Below, piece after piece: positions 39,001 through 52,933 of a DNA stretch of 64,000 nucleotides. Position 1 is the first letter of the stretch. The number at the start of each line of letters is the position of its first letter. The translations under genes and the position numbers were made by a program. Under the pieces are notes generated by a model, which was not told the origin of the DNA, ran no database searches, and was given only the letters and a program-made list of their open reading frames with translations. Source of the stretch: Vermamoeba vermiformis (taxonomy: Eukaryota); the NCBI GenBank assembly GCA_045837725.1, contig JBEWZL010000091.1:1-64000 (forward strand), written 5' to 3'.

Positions 39001-41609
39001 TCATCCTGAATCAGCAAGATCTTCTCGGTAACCACGCTGTTGGTGTAAGGTATGATGATTTCACCGTCTTTGTTTTGATTGAACACGTGACCTTTCAACC
39101 AAATGGAAGCACCCTAAAACAGAAATTAGTGACACGATCGGGGGAGTGATTGTGTAAAAAGGCTTACCTCCACTTTCTTGCGGTGCTCGTCCAAAACAAT
39201 GAAAGAGTGGCCAGCAATAGTGTTCTTTTCCAAGTAGCTGAACTGACCCTTTCGGATGAGAGCGCGGCTGCTCTTACCGTTACCGATGAACTGAACAAGA
39301 ACACGTTAGAACAAAGGCCACTAGTGCTAGTAAGGAGCTACGTACTTCAACAACGAAGACACCACGTTTGTTGAGGTTAGGGAAAGCAATCTTGCGCAGA
39401 GAACGAACGATGGGTGCGTCCTTGTACTCGAAGACCATTTCTTCGTTAGGCACTAAGCCGTCCAAGTTGATCTTGGTGTTGATCTCGCTCAAGTTCTCGC
39501 GGTAGTAGCTCATAGTGTTGATCTCAAAGATTTTGACGATCAAAGTTGAGACGTTCTTGACGTAGACATCCAACTCGACGGGATCAGCAGAGTTGAAGAA
39601 AAGCCTATTTTATGCGCGTTAGTAGGTGATCTATTGTTGAATTGGTATGGCGTACTTGTTTCGAGGAGAGAATTCGATGTCAACACGTTCCTTGAGATCC
39701 TTCAACGTGTACTGATCGAGATTCGCAGCCCACTTGTCGGAGTCAGCGGCACCGCTCAAAAGCTTAACTTTGGAATGAGCGGCCTTCAAGTAGTCGTCAC
39801 TATTTAGCAAAAACATTAGGCTTGTGAGCTACACCTTCAAATTTCAGTGCCGAATCTACTCACCGGATGAATTGACTGAAAGGCTTGAAGTTGTCTCTAT
39901 TGACCAAAAAGTGCGACAAATAGTCATTAACGAGCTTTTCATCATCGCCAGCACTCAAGTTGGGCAAAGGAGCAGGCATGCTACGGAAGTTACCGTAGTG
40001 CTCGCTCTTTTGCTTGTTGCGCCAATCGTAGTCATAATAGCCAGCGTGCTTAGGGATCTCAAGGTACTTTAAGAACCTGCAAATGTACGTTAGAACATTG
40101 TTGCTCTCGAACTTCAAAAAAGGCATCCTTACTTGTCTTCGTTGTAGATTCCCTCTTCAGCATCCATTTTCAGGTCGAGGTACATGGCAGTGACCTTGAA
40201 GGAGTTATGAGCAGCTGAGAGCTTGCTAGTGAACGCCAAGATGCGGCCAATATACTCTCGCGCCTCTTTGCGATCACCATACTTGAAGTCATCCCAGCTG
40301 TTCAGATGCAAGTCGTCAGAGGGAGCCAGACGAGCAATCACGCGCTAACATAATGAATTGGGTTAAAAACGTATTTAAGTGCCGATTAATAATGAATTAC
40401 CTCAATGTAGGTGCTGTTATCGATCAAATCAGGTCGCTTGGCACGCAACTCTTCGAGCTGTTCCAAAGTCATTTTGTTGTGCAAGCCGGTGCCAAAACTG
40501 GAAATGAACATTAGTTTTATGTAATAGGTACGCCCATATGCGTGTACCTTTGTGAGGGATACTCCTTGGTATCAAGCATCTTAGCAACAAGCTCGGGGAT
40601 CTGCTCGAGATCAGGGGTCTCCAAGCTGTTCAGAATTTGCTGGAGCTGTAGTGGCAATTAGATCGAATATTTATGCAATCAAAAAACAGTGACCAGTTTA
40701 TGATTGGAATAAGACTTACAGTTTCTTTGTTGATCTTTGAGTAATCGATGGCACGTGCGGCAATATCCATTGCTTGTTTGTTCTGAAACTAATTAATACG
40801 CTGAATGATATGATTGCATAGTATGCTTACAGCGAGCTTATTGAAAAAATAGCGGTCGTGCTTCTCCTTCTCGACGATCTTCGAGAAATCGATCAAATTC
40901 TGATCAAGCTCAGAAGGGTATTTGGCTTCAGTGTTGCCTCCGGGGAGTTCTCTGTATACGTGTTAATAATTTTGCACTCCTTAGTTTGATAAGATCAATG
41001 ATGATTGCGAGTAAATGACGAAGATTTTCTTCCGTGGCTAAGGCTCGATCATGAAAATGACCGTTACAGAAATTCGATTTGAGGACTTACTGCGAGTGAT
41101 AGAAACCGGCGCCCGATTTTGACTTGAGCCAATCAATGGCGGCTTGAGTATCCTTGGAATAGTCATATTGTTGCAATTTGAACCTTTTGTGAAAATATTT
41201 AGCTGCGATCTGGTTTTTTCATTGTTTTTGCACTATTTACCTATGCTCCATCTCGGAGTGCAAAGAGCCATAATTATATCTAATTTTCTAAATTTATTTG
41301 GAAAGTTAGAACGCATCTTCAGATCTTAATTAGTATTTACCTCTAGAAGTTGCTCGATGTCCTTATGATTTTTACCATCAAAGTTATTGTTTATCAAATG
41401 AAGGAGCTTCAAGCGATAAAACTCTTGAGTTTCAGGAACGAGAGTTTTGAGCACATCCTCTCGGTTCTCAGCTAGAGCAAAATCTTCGTTCACACTTACA
41501 CTAATAAATACAAATTATTAATAAATACATCGCGGGAAGGTTGTTTTAAGAGGGTGGATAAATATCTACGCAAATCCCAGCGAAACAACCAATCCAATGC
41601 ATACCTCAT
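33059..41609 (-). CDS. Very large (~2,000+ aa) multi-exon protein of an uncharacterised family, possibly macroglobulin-like
   Basis: Continuous spliced frame from MSVSVNEDFALAENREDVLKTLVPETQEFY to YVKVYSQ...FYKDGYTDLKGRFDY...FSILVMS..GAVIRDANPPKV*. Strong C/G-ending codon bias (AAG, TTC, TAC, AAC). Confidence 0.85.
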
Positions 41610-41992
41610 TGTGATTTCGTGTTTCGTGCTTCAACAAAAAAAATACGATGAAAATTTGGGTTGCTTGCTGAAATAAATATTTTCTGTTCCCAAATTGTAA
41701 TTTCGTTATGTTCAGGGAAAAGGACTTGCCTTTTTGGTCGAATTACCTACGTTAGTGACAATCAATGACAGGGCGCTGATTAAGCATAACACCTTCTTGT
41801 TATTCCTCCTTTGATTACCCAGAGTCCGAATCTTCAACTATGGTTGTAATTAATTTTAATAATTCTGTTCCGTAAAGAGATCTGGCGACAATTTTTTCTG
41901 TTTTGCAACGAACTACAACAAATGATTATAATACTAATATAATAACAAGTCAAGATCATAACTACCGCAACTTCAATAATCGGGCCAAAATC

Positions 41993-43725
41993 ATGGATCT
42001 AACAATCGAAGAGCTTTCAGATGAGCTGCTATTTGATGTTTTCTTACGCTTAGATTATCTCGACTTGAGTCGGGCATTGATTGTGAGTACCAAAAAATCC
42101 ACGTAGGCCGAAAATTAATATGAAAATTAGGTCAATCTACGCTGGCACCAAATTGGATGCGATAGCGCATTATGGAAAGAGCTGTAAGGATAACTACACG
42201 ATTTTTTTCCTAATTTTAATTTTGCAACTCATTTTTACTAAATTCAATTTTGGTATGCAATCTCTCGATTTCTGACCAGCATTAATTATGTTAGGTACCG
42301 TTACCATTTTTGGTCAAAAATATACGGAGGATCACGGCTAAAAATGACGAATTTCAGTAGTCAGACTGGATTTGGGTGGAAAGTTTTGTTTGAGAGTCGA
42401 AAGGCCAAACCAAAGTGGCGCGAGCCTCGTTTAAACTCGCAAATCGAGAAAAAGGATTTAAGTGGTCATCGAAATGCTATTACATGCTTGCAAACCTCAT
42501 TTAGTTCATTCATAAGGTAAGTTTGATCACGCGCACGCGCCGTCATTAACTAATTGTTTTTCTTCGTAGTGGTTCGCGCGATTGGACTGCACGCATATGG
42601 GAGGGCGGGCAGTGTGTCGCTGTATGAGTTAAACCTTAAAAGTAGCATGTCTCTAATCGTGCAAAATAGATTCTACCGCACGATAGTACCGTGACTGCAG
42701 TCCAATGGCTCGACGAAGAAACAGTTATGACAGCATCCAGTGAAGTACAACTGTGGTCACGCGGCTCTAGGTCTTGGATAGAGTGGGCACAAGATGTTGA
42801 AGAAGGTGAGAAGCTCGAGCCAATGGTGAGCATGGGCGATGGATCATCGCTGTCGTGTGCCGTCGCCGATTGGGGTGGCTTGCAAGTGATATCCTCCACG
42901 GGCTCTAACTTGCAGCTTTGGGATGTCAATACCGGTCAAAACTTACAGACAGCACATACGGAGCTTTCAGGGGTCTTCAAGCTTGTGTGGGCTGAAGATA
43001 GTGTTATCACTGTCAGTAACAAGGACGTCACATGGTGGGACTTGAGGTACGATAATCATTTTATGCGTGTTACGATAGCATCCAATAACACGTCATAGAG
43101 CACCTATGATCAAATCTACGATTCGTATTCAAGTGAAGGATCACATTGCCTCGTTGGATTACGATCCGTTGAACAATCTCATTTTAATTGGCTCTGATGG
43201 AAGATCCGCATTCGGTAAGCCTAATTTAATTCATTCAATGCTATTTGCACGGCAGCGAGTTGTTAATACTTATTAACGTAGAGATGGACGTGTCCAAACG
43301 AAGTCTTTTTGCCACTTACCCTCACACAGGCCGCGTGACAGCAGTGCAATATTTCAACGAGTATATTCTCACGGTAAGTATTGTACAAGCGCAGCACTAT
43401 CTACTGGAGCAGTAGGTTCTACGTACTAGTTCTCGCGTGGCTTGCTTCTTCCGACATTTGTTACCTCAAGGTCATTACTAATGAAATGAATATGGCGTAG
43501 GGATCTTCAGACCGTCAGTTACAAGCGTGGAATCGAAAGTTAGTCGATTACAGCGGTGTTGGTGCTCCGACTGCTCGATTTGAACTCGGGATCGGCACCT
43601 TGACGTGTATGCACGCCAATGCGTCGTGGGTGACTTATGGAGGTACTGATGAGACCATTTCAATATGGTACTTCCCAACACTTTCGCGCAAGGACGAAGA
43701 AGTGCTCCTCAAGGGTAGCATCTAG
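41993..43725 (+). CDS. F-box/WD40 repeat protein
   Basis: IEELSDELLFDVFLRL...L.R...V..RW F-box; GH..AITCL, SGSRDWTARIW, LQLWD, TWWD repeats. Confidence 0.88.
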
Positions 43726-43895
43726 ATGCCAGCATCTGAAAGCAAACGCAGGTCCAAAAGAATTGTAATTCTGTAGATATGTTATTATTATAATTACGTT
43801 AGCTTGTTTATATTTAGTTAGCTTAGTAAAATTGTAAATCTTTTGTTCCGACAGAAATTCGGTTATTTTTTTCTACTTGCCGATTGATCTGCAAC

Positions 43896-44871
43896 ATGTC
43901 CGCTAGTGCAGCAACGACAAAGACAGTTTATTTAATTAGACACGCCCAAAGCACGCACAATGAGTTTGCTTTAACATGGAAGGAGACAGACCATTGGCAG
44001 GATCCTATGCACGTTGACGCGAAATTAAGTAAATTGGGCCAATCTCAAGTTGAACAATTGCGAGAAAAGGCAAAGCAGTACGTATCTATTAATTATATGG
44101 ATAATTGAATTATTAGAATTTATTTAGAATTTTGGTGACGATTAAACTAATAGCCGATCTGCAGGGAACTCACTGATATTGAATTAATCGTTGTTTCTCC
44201 TTTATCCCGCGCATTGATTACTTGCTCCGTCGGTTTAGAGCACCATATCAAAGAAAAAAAGGTAACGAACTTCCGAAGTTAGAATTCCGAGTCTGATTTT
44301 TGGTTCTATTTAATACATCATATTTATATGATCTCGTAATATTTATTTGCAATGATACTAATTGATTGCGTCGACAAACCAGACTCCCGTTTTGGTAAAT
44401 CCCTTGTGTCGCGAGAAAGTTGAAAATGGTTGCGATTTGGGCCGTCCGCCAACTCTTTTGCGCCAAGACTTCCCTGACTTTGATTTTTCCATGCTGTCTG
44501 ACATTTGGTGGTACACCGACAAGTACGAATGCACGCCCGAGAACTACGTTGAAGTATTTAGGACGCATCATTGGGAAGAGCCTGAAGGTACGTCTATCAA
44601 CGCTTATAGAAACGGTTAATGCTACATTTATTCCAATTTGCAATTCTTTGGATTATTTTGAACCCAAATTTTCGAAATCCCGGAAGATCTGGATCGCATT
44701 TTGATTTTGATTTATGTTTCAGATTATCTCGAGGAGCGTATTGCAGAATTTAAGAAGTGGTTATTGGAAAGGCCAGAGGCTACTATTTGTGTCGTAGGTC
44801 ATTCAGCGTACTTTTCTCGCTTGTGCGGCGTCTTCTTGCAAAATTGTCAAATCCATCGCATGACATTGTAA
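43896..44871 (+). CDS. Histidine phosphatase / phosphoglycerate mutase-like protein
   Basis: LIRHAQS.HN, D..LS.LG..Q, VSPLSRA..T, CRE, CD.G, VVGHS, NC. Confidence 0.92.
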
Positions 44872-45215
44872 TTGTTTATAATATCGCAAAATATATTACC
44901 ATTTGACCATATAATATGTCTATAACACAATTCTATCAATTAGACTCGTTCATTTCATTATTCATCTTTGGTATACTTTTTTTGGACCGTAAACTAATTC
45001 TGTACAAATATCTTTCGCTGCAATTATGCAAAATATACGCAAATACATGCATTATCGGCTTGAATTGCAGTTTGTATTCGTTTAAAGAAAAAGGACGTAA
45101 ATTTATCGTACATTCGAGATGTATTGGCCTTAGTCTGTTGACAATGACACTCAAAAAGCGAAACGAGGTGGCCATATTATTGTCATAGTAATCTTTAGAC
45201 ACTCAACACGCAACA

Positions 45216-45572
45216 ATGAACCAAGATCCCAAGCAACAAGACTATGAATCTAAGATCCACAATGTACCTCGCACGGAAAAATTCGTGCATCAAGAATTCA
45301 TCGATCATAAGCCTAGGAGCGAACTGGACAACAACGTAGACGTAACTAAGCTCACTCCTGAGAGCTTGAAAGGTTTGGATGCCTACACTCTTCGCGACAT
45401 CTTAAAGTAAGTGTTGTCCATAGAGCGGGCTTACTTTCTATTTAGATAATCTACAATCTAATCAACGGGTTCAACACCTAGGCGCTATGGTTTAGATAGC
45501 CGCGATAACCTGAACAAAGAAGACTTAATCCAGCAAATTGAAAGTTTGATCTTGAAGCCCGAGACCGCCTAA
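45216..45572 (+). CDS. Small protein with C-terminal SAP/HeH-like helix pair
   Basis: Two exons; LKGLDAYTLRDILKRYGLDSRDNLNKEDLIQQI. Confidence 0.65.
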
Positions 45573-45729
45573 CGAGTTAATAGTAGCATGATTTCTGTAC
45601 TTCAGATGTATTACTCTGTATTCATGCTTAATTTGCTGCAACTAAAAATAGACACGTTACAAAATTTTATGTCGCCATTTTCGTTAATATGTTGATTTAA
45701 TCCACGAGCTGTTTGCATAGACGAGCAGC

Positions 45730-48045
45730 ATGAATTCACTCGTTGAGTAAGTAGCGCTTTCGAGTTTTGACGAGTTGTAACGTCGATCTTAGACTTCCAT
45801 CCGAGGTACTGCTGCGAATATTATCTCACTTGCAACACTCCGAATTATATAATTGTATTTTGGTTTGTAAAATCTTAAGCGAGTTCGGAAACGATAGTTC
45901 AATTTGGAGGGTAGGAAATTTTTATCATTTAATTCCAAAATTCGCAAAAAATTGTATTGACAAACATCTTAATTTAGAATTTGTTGGATCGACGAAGAAA
46001 GCACGATTCAATTGGAATCGGACCGAGTGCTAATTTTAAAAAATTATTTCGGGTGTCTTTGGCAGTTGATAATTTGCGCAAGGGCCGGTAAGTGCTAACT
46101 AAACAACTATTCGAATTATTAATATTATATTCACAGCTTTATATATCGGACTTTATCAAAAGCGTACATTAAGAAGGGCAACACCCTCAAATTTAATCAA
46201 TACACGTATCTCAGTCCTCGCACTGGGGTAATTAATAACAGAACATTAGTGCCTCGTTCTCTTTGGTCAGTAGTGACGAAGTTACTGCAAAAATGAACTA
46301 ACCGGAATCATTTAGGAATGACTCTCCCCAACGAGTGGAGGCGAGATCGATTATGGATATTAAAACGCTTAACGTCACCGAGTTAAAGTCCAAGCAATTT
46401 GAAAACATGCACGTGATTTTTAGCTGCGGCTATTTTATCGCATTGAAAATTGGTCGTTACGGCCCTGATAGCAGACAACTTTTCGTCTACAAAGCTGACC
46501 CTGATAATCTCACAAATGTACCTAGTGACCCTATAACTATACTACGTGCGTGTCTATAGTGTCTGACTGTGATTTAGACTAATTCAAATTCATGAATAGA
46601 ATTCCCAAGCCGTACTTCCACCAGCTACGACGCGCATATTCTCAGTCATCGGTATTTACTGCACAGAGAAACAGTTGATATGTAAGTCTATATTAGTATC
46701 AAAATATAGACTTAAAGAGCAACAGAGGTGTCGGAAACTCTTCGATGATGGTTTACGATTTGCAGCAAAGTGCTACAGTTCCGCTGGCAAAATTTTCGTT
46801 CGAAGGCTATGTACTATTCTTGAACGAAGAGTATGTAGTGACTGCAAGAAGAGGATTCCCTACAGAACTCTACATTCTTGAATGGAGAAAGGTATGTTCC
46901 TTAGCGCGCGTCATGAGCGTACGTACTTATTTCTTCCGTTAAAAGGCAAGCGGGAAAATTGACCCAGAGAGCATGATAAAGATAGAAAGCGATGCAAAAG
47001 TATATGATGCGGCTGTTTCTGGTGATAGGGTCAGTTCTCGTTCAGCAGCGATTTTCACGTACTAACCTCTTGTAGTTGCTGTTGTTCAAATATAAGGACG
47101 GTGACACTGTGGATAGTTTGGCATTGTGGGATTTAAAAACCAAGAAATTACTCTTAACGATGGAAGGTGAAGATATTTTACCAGATGTACGTCAACACGA
47201 GGTTGTTTTTGAAGAAATTCTCTAGTTCTGATAGCTAATTCCAGAGCAAAATATCTTGTTTTCACGGGGACTTTTGTTTCCTTATTGGCCTTGACCGTAC
47301 GATAGCATTAGATTTGTCGACTGGAGCTGTAATTCAGCGCATTAGCATTGGCGAAATTATCAACATTGAACCTATTCTCGATGAAGACGGACTGTGCGGG
47401 AAGTTCTATATTGTAGGGGCACTCACGCGAGGAATTTTAGATTTAAGTAGTCCTCTGATCAACAGAAAGTTCCAAGTTATAGTTTTGCCCGCCGTTCATT
47501 CGATTAAAGCTGCTATGGATAATATTCAACGTGTGGAGGTCGTGTACGGCGATTTATCGAAAACCTTTCCAGAGTTGTGCAAAACTGAACCTCGTCACAT
47601 CGAATCGCAAGTACTGTTAGTTAAAGAAAAAAAGTTCAGGTATCAAAAACATTTCTGCGATTGATTGCTTTCGCTCATAATCTTGCAGGTACATTCTTGT
47701 GTTCAACTGTAAGGGAGAAAAGAAAGAGGAGACGTCAAGAATTGTAAAGAAGTTGTTGCTGCGTGCGACGAAACTACCACATAGCGACAATTGTCCCATT
47801 CATTGCGTTACTTTAGACTGGGTTGCCGATGCCTTCGATGAACGGTAATATCACCCAGTTACAAATCTAAACTCTTGTAACCTGTTTGTAGATTGGACGG
47901 TGAGGGAGGGAACATACTGCAATCACTGCGTGGCTATGGTCCATCGATATTGATGTACGAAGAGTGGAGCGAGACCGATGGTTGGATACCTACGAATGTT
48001 CCAAACTCGTTTGATCTAAAGAAACTCAAAAAGCAGATGAAATGA
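45730..48045 (+). CDS. F-box protein with beta-rich C-terminal region
   Basis: ELPSEVLLRILSHL....L..C.LVCK.......D..IW. About a dozen short GT-AG introns follow. Confidence 0.75.
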
Positions 48046-48094
48046 CGAAAGTAATTAGTATTTTATGTACAAATTTACAAGCACACGTAAATTA

Positions 48095-51000
48095 TTACGA
48101 GAACAAGTCAATCAAGTCATCGGCAGTCAGCTTGGTGGAGATTTCGGACTTGCGCAGAGCTCCTTCAGCGAGCTTTCTCTTCTTTTCTTGCAGCGCGAGA
48201 ATGCGGTCTTCGACAGAGTTTTGTATGGTGAATCGGATCACGTGCACAGGTTTGGTTTGGCCGACACGATGCACACGGTCAATGGCTTGTTCTTCAGCTG
48301 CTGGATTCCACCAAGGATCCAACAGGAATACGTTGTTAGCTTCAATCAAGTTCAAACCAAGACCTCCTGCCTTCAGAGACATGAGCAGAATGGTGATGTC
48401 CTCTTTCTCTTTAAAGGCGTCAATTTGTTGTTTGCGCTTTTGAATATTCATCGAGCCGTCCAAGCGAGAGAATGTCCAACCATGCTCTTTGAGCGGGTAT
48501 TCAATCAAGTCTAACATGCTCGTCCATTGGCTGAAAATAATGGACTTGCACTTGGGATCTTTTTCTTTAACTTTCTTTAGCTCTTCCAACAACGCTTTGA
48601 CCTTTGTGCTCGATTTAATGGCTCGTCCAGGCATTACGTTGAAAGATCCGATATCAATGTCCAAGTTGTTTGATTTGACGACGTAAGGCTTCATCGAATC
48701 CTCCTTCTGCGGAACAGTTAATTTCACGAAGCAAGAGAGCGTACAATTACTTACCAAATCAGCATTGCACACAGGACAAGCAAAACTAGCAGTGCCCTTT
48801 TCGATCTTAATTTGATTGGTGTTGTTTGCCGTTGCATCGGACTTTGGGTCGTCATCAGTCTTCTTCGTCTTGACGCACGACTTGCAGAACACGTGCTTGC
48901 ATGAACTGATGACGGGGTCTTCAAGTACGTCATTGCAAACTGGGCACACCGTCACTGCACTCTCTTTGGAGTCGTCTTTCTTGGTTTCAGCTTCTTTTTC
49001 TTGGGGTTTATCGTCCTTGCTCTTCTCATCTTTCTTCTCATCACTGTCGTTGTTGTTGCTTGACTTCTCGGGCGTCGTATCTTTCTTGCCTTTCATCTTG
49101 CTTCCTTTCTCGGTTGTCTTTTTGTTCTTGCTTGCGCGCGTTGTGACTTTAGTCTTCTTTTCCTCGACATTACCAAGGAGCACTTGTCCTTTGACTGCTA
49201 AATAGGGGTGATCGCAGGCTTGACGTAGCCTCAGCAACAGCACCAAGATGTGCGTGTAGTTTTGAATAATAGTGCCTGACTTGACATAGTCATCGAATTC
49301 GACTTTGGACTTGGCATACATGGCTTGATAAATATCGTCCTCCTGCAACAGCGAAGTTAGTGTCTTGTTTTGGAAGGTCGTGATTTATGTTACTAGTCGT
49401 ACCTCTTTAGAGAAGGCATCGGCTCTAAGGATGACGTTTCGTTCAGGAAGTGTTAGGATTGGTTTGCCATCAATTTCCATGTCCTTAGTTCGGCAGATCA
49501 AAATTGGATGCAAAATCGATTGAAGCAAAGCAAATCCCTTTTGAGTCAATCTGTCGGCAATAGATGACTTCCAGAACGAGTAGTCAGCGTAGGGACTGTA
49601 CTGCAAGAACTTCAACAAGCTGTACAAGTCGTCCAAGCTGTTTTGGATGGGAGTGCCCGTCATAGCCCATCTTTTCTTGGCATCGAGAGCGCAACACGCA
49701 CGTGCTTGACGCGTCGCTCTGTTTTTGATAGAGTGCGCTTCGTCTAAAACAACGCGGTACCATTTGACTTTCTGTGAAGGACCAAGCGGATCCGTTTCCA
49801 CTAAGGCAATGAATTAGCAACTGATTAATAGTTAGCCTAAAATATACCTTTGGGGTACTCGCTCGCAATTGTAGCATACGTGCTGATAACAACATCGTAT
49901 TCTGCGAGTTCTTTTGCACTCTTTGAGCGTGTTTGTCCGTGGTGAATTCTCACTTTGCTGTGAGGGTTGACGTTAGCATGTTTGGACTTGATGTTTGAGG
50001 TACTTACAAAAGACCATCAGCGGACTTGGTGGTAATTTCTTTGTACCACTGACTGACGCAAGACAACGGGCAGATAATGAGCGTAGCTTTGCGTTTGGGG
50101 TCTGGTTGTTTGGCTTTCGATTTTCCTTTGACACGCTCGGCTTCAGCAGCGGGAGTATTGTGGATGATGCACGAGAGCATTTCACTGGAAGAGTCGTTAG
50201 TTATCCTGAAGGACCAGACCATAAGAAATAACATACATAGTTTTGCCCAAACCCATTTGGTCCGCAACAATGCCACCAGCAGGCTCCATGCCCTCTCGCT
50301 TCGTCATCCACGCAAGCGCTTGTTTCTGGTACTTGAACAGCGGAACTTTAAGATCTTTCGGCGTATCGAGTTCGTCTTTGAGTTCTTTTGGACTCTGCAA
50401 GATCTTATTGACGAGGGACTGCACTGGTTGGGAGGTGTATTGCGGTTGTGCATCAATGCGAAGAGGAGCTTCGGGTTTGTTGGAAATGCTCGGTACTGCG
50501 TGCACATTGTTAGATTGACTCCACTGAGAACGAAAACGACTTACGGTCGGGAGTGTGAGTCAGCAGATCAGTTGTAAGTCCAGACATCATCGTTGAAGAC
50601 AAGATTGACGAGATGGAATCAATGCTCGGCAACTCTCCCGAGGCTGTCGAGTTCGGTGAATTACCAAACGAAGTTGTGGACATAAGTGGCTTGGACCCTA
50701 GATCGTGCCATCGTTAGCAAAAAAGAAAGTAATCCTTGGGCTAACGTACGTTTTGAATCTTGTGCTGCGATAAAAGAGGCCCAGTCTGTCTTGAACGGAT
50801 TTTCGTTGCCAGTAGTTTCAGTAAACGCTGAAACAGAATTAAGTTAGTTTAACGAAGCTGCACAGGTTCGCATCATACGTTTCTTTACGGGTATACTATG
50901 ACCACTGCCGATATTGAGTTCAATGTGCCTTGGCGGCGCTGGATCCAACTGAACGAGACCTTAGCGCCAAATGCCTTATAGAATTAGTACTTACGAATGG

Positions 51001-52664
51001 TGCAAACAATTCTTTCATCACGGGGTCGGTAGCCTTGCTCGGGTCAAATGTTGGCATGATACCAGAGAGCTGTGCAGCCCCGACCAGTGGAGGCTTTGGC
51101 TGTGAAGTAGGCAGAGGGTACGGCAACGTAACCACAACCTTTGGAGGTCGAGGAGGCTCGGGCTTGATAGGAACTGTAGGAGGCGTCGTGGCCTGTTGTT
51201 GAGAAGCAGTGTCTAGTGAAGAGATTGTCTGCGTGTTATTCAGAACTTGTTTGAGCATCTCATCGGTCTCCATCATCGACTTGCGAATACGCTCGACAAA
51301 ATCTTCGTCTTCAGCTTCAGTCGCATTCAGCTTCTCTGCAATCTTGCGCAACTCTTCTGCTGACACTTCTCGTTTAATGACTCCGTCGACCTTCTGTTTC
51401 TTGGCGGCTGGTTCTTCGTCTTGAGAATCAATAATTTCTTCCACCTTCCGCTTTTGTCCAGTCAACGTTCCATTTTCAGCCATGTCGTTGTCAACGATAA
51501 CCACCTCGTCATCGCTCGTGTGATTGAGAGTGCTCGATTGAGGGACTTGTGTTTGTTCATCGTTCACCAAGTCCAGCAACTCTTCCATGAGCTGACTCTC
51601 GTTTTGTTGGGAGAACTGTTCTTGACTCTGCTCCACGGAGAATTCATTGCCTTTCAACGCCTCGAGAGCCAACAGCAGCTTGCGTCGCAATTCAGGATCG
51701 TTTATTTGAAGTACTGACTCGAGGTCATCTTCAGATAAGCTTTCCAATATCTCGCCATCAATGCCTTCCTCTTCAAGGTTCTTTTTGTAATCTTTAGCAT
51801 CAGGAAAGTTCATCTCGAACCAAGCAGTGACCTCATCGACACTCCAATCTGACAGTGGTTTCTTTGGCTGCAGGGACTTGTTAGATAAACGTAAATCACC
51901 TCACTGACTCACTTTCTGCATTGATTCGTTCAAAATTTCAATTTCTGGTTCAACTTCTTCGTGGTCGACGACAACACGGGGGGACGCTATGTCTAAAATA
52001 AAAATGAATAAACTCGGCTAACAACCGTAGGTAGTGTACCTTTCGGATTAATGAACGTGTACACCAGATCCGAAGCTGGATTGTGTACTGGGGCACCAAC
52101 TTCATGATTTACCACGCCACCGAACACAATGATATCATTATGCCTAAAATACGATATCAGTATTTGATACAAAGCAGAAAGCAGTGACGTACTTCAATAT
52201 AGCTTCTTTGACGCGAATTCCATTTACAGCTAGACCGTTCAAACTGTTGTTGTCGGTAAGTTTGTATTGAATATTATCACCATCTTCGATGCGTTCGATA
52301 ATAGCGTGGACTCGCGATATCAATTTTGGCATTTTCGGAGAATCAAGTACGCTGGCCGGATGTCAGTAATCTATTGACGAATAGTGCAATACAGATGCTT
52401 ACATATCGCTAGCTTGTGACAATCTACCAAGTTTGAGCGTTTTTGGTTGCAAATTTATAACCGCAGGCGTATTAGGGCTGGATCGAGGAATTAATATTAG
52501 AATATTTTATTTTATTTGTATTTAGCTAAAATAACCATTGTAAAATATTGCCAGAGTTTTATAATAATTTTAACGATTATTCAGTATTTAATTTTGACTT
52601 ACCCCGCGATCTGAGGGTCAACCAGCTGTAAAAAGGCAAAACTATTATCGTGTGGCGAGTTCAT
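48095..52664 (-). CDS. FHA + SAM + SNF2-family helicase with RING finger (Rad5/Rad16-like)
   Basis: FHA: LGR...ISRVHA...SLNGL.VNG. SAM: WSVDEVTAWF...EEGIDG..L. Helicase: ADQMGLGKT, LDEAH.IKN, TGTPIQN, LLRLRQAC.HP, FSQW, GGLGLNL, WWNP..EEQA.DR.HR.GQ. C3HC4 RING inside the helicase. Confidence 0.93.
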
Positions 52665-52933
52665 ATTATTCCTACGTTCAAATATCTAATTAACTTGAAT
52701 TTGAAGCGCAGTTGTGGTGCACCCTCGATCTGATTTCTTCGAAGAAAAATATTCGAATAAATAACTTGATTTGCACCACAAAAGATTAGCCTTCTAGTTG
52801 TCTATAATTGGAAGTATGCTCTATTGTGTTTGTTTAAATTTGGTTCTTCACTGAATCGCGCGATTCAACCAGGGCTCGCAGCGGAGATCGAAACCCACGG
52901 CGATTTACACACTCATTTTTAAAAGATTCAGCT

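Noticed and set aside
34300-40100. Long plus-strand ORFs (e.g. 35830-36501, 37068-37544, 38217-38825)
   Set aside because: Antisense shadows caused by the strong codon bias of the minus-strand gene.
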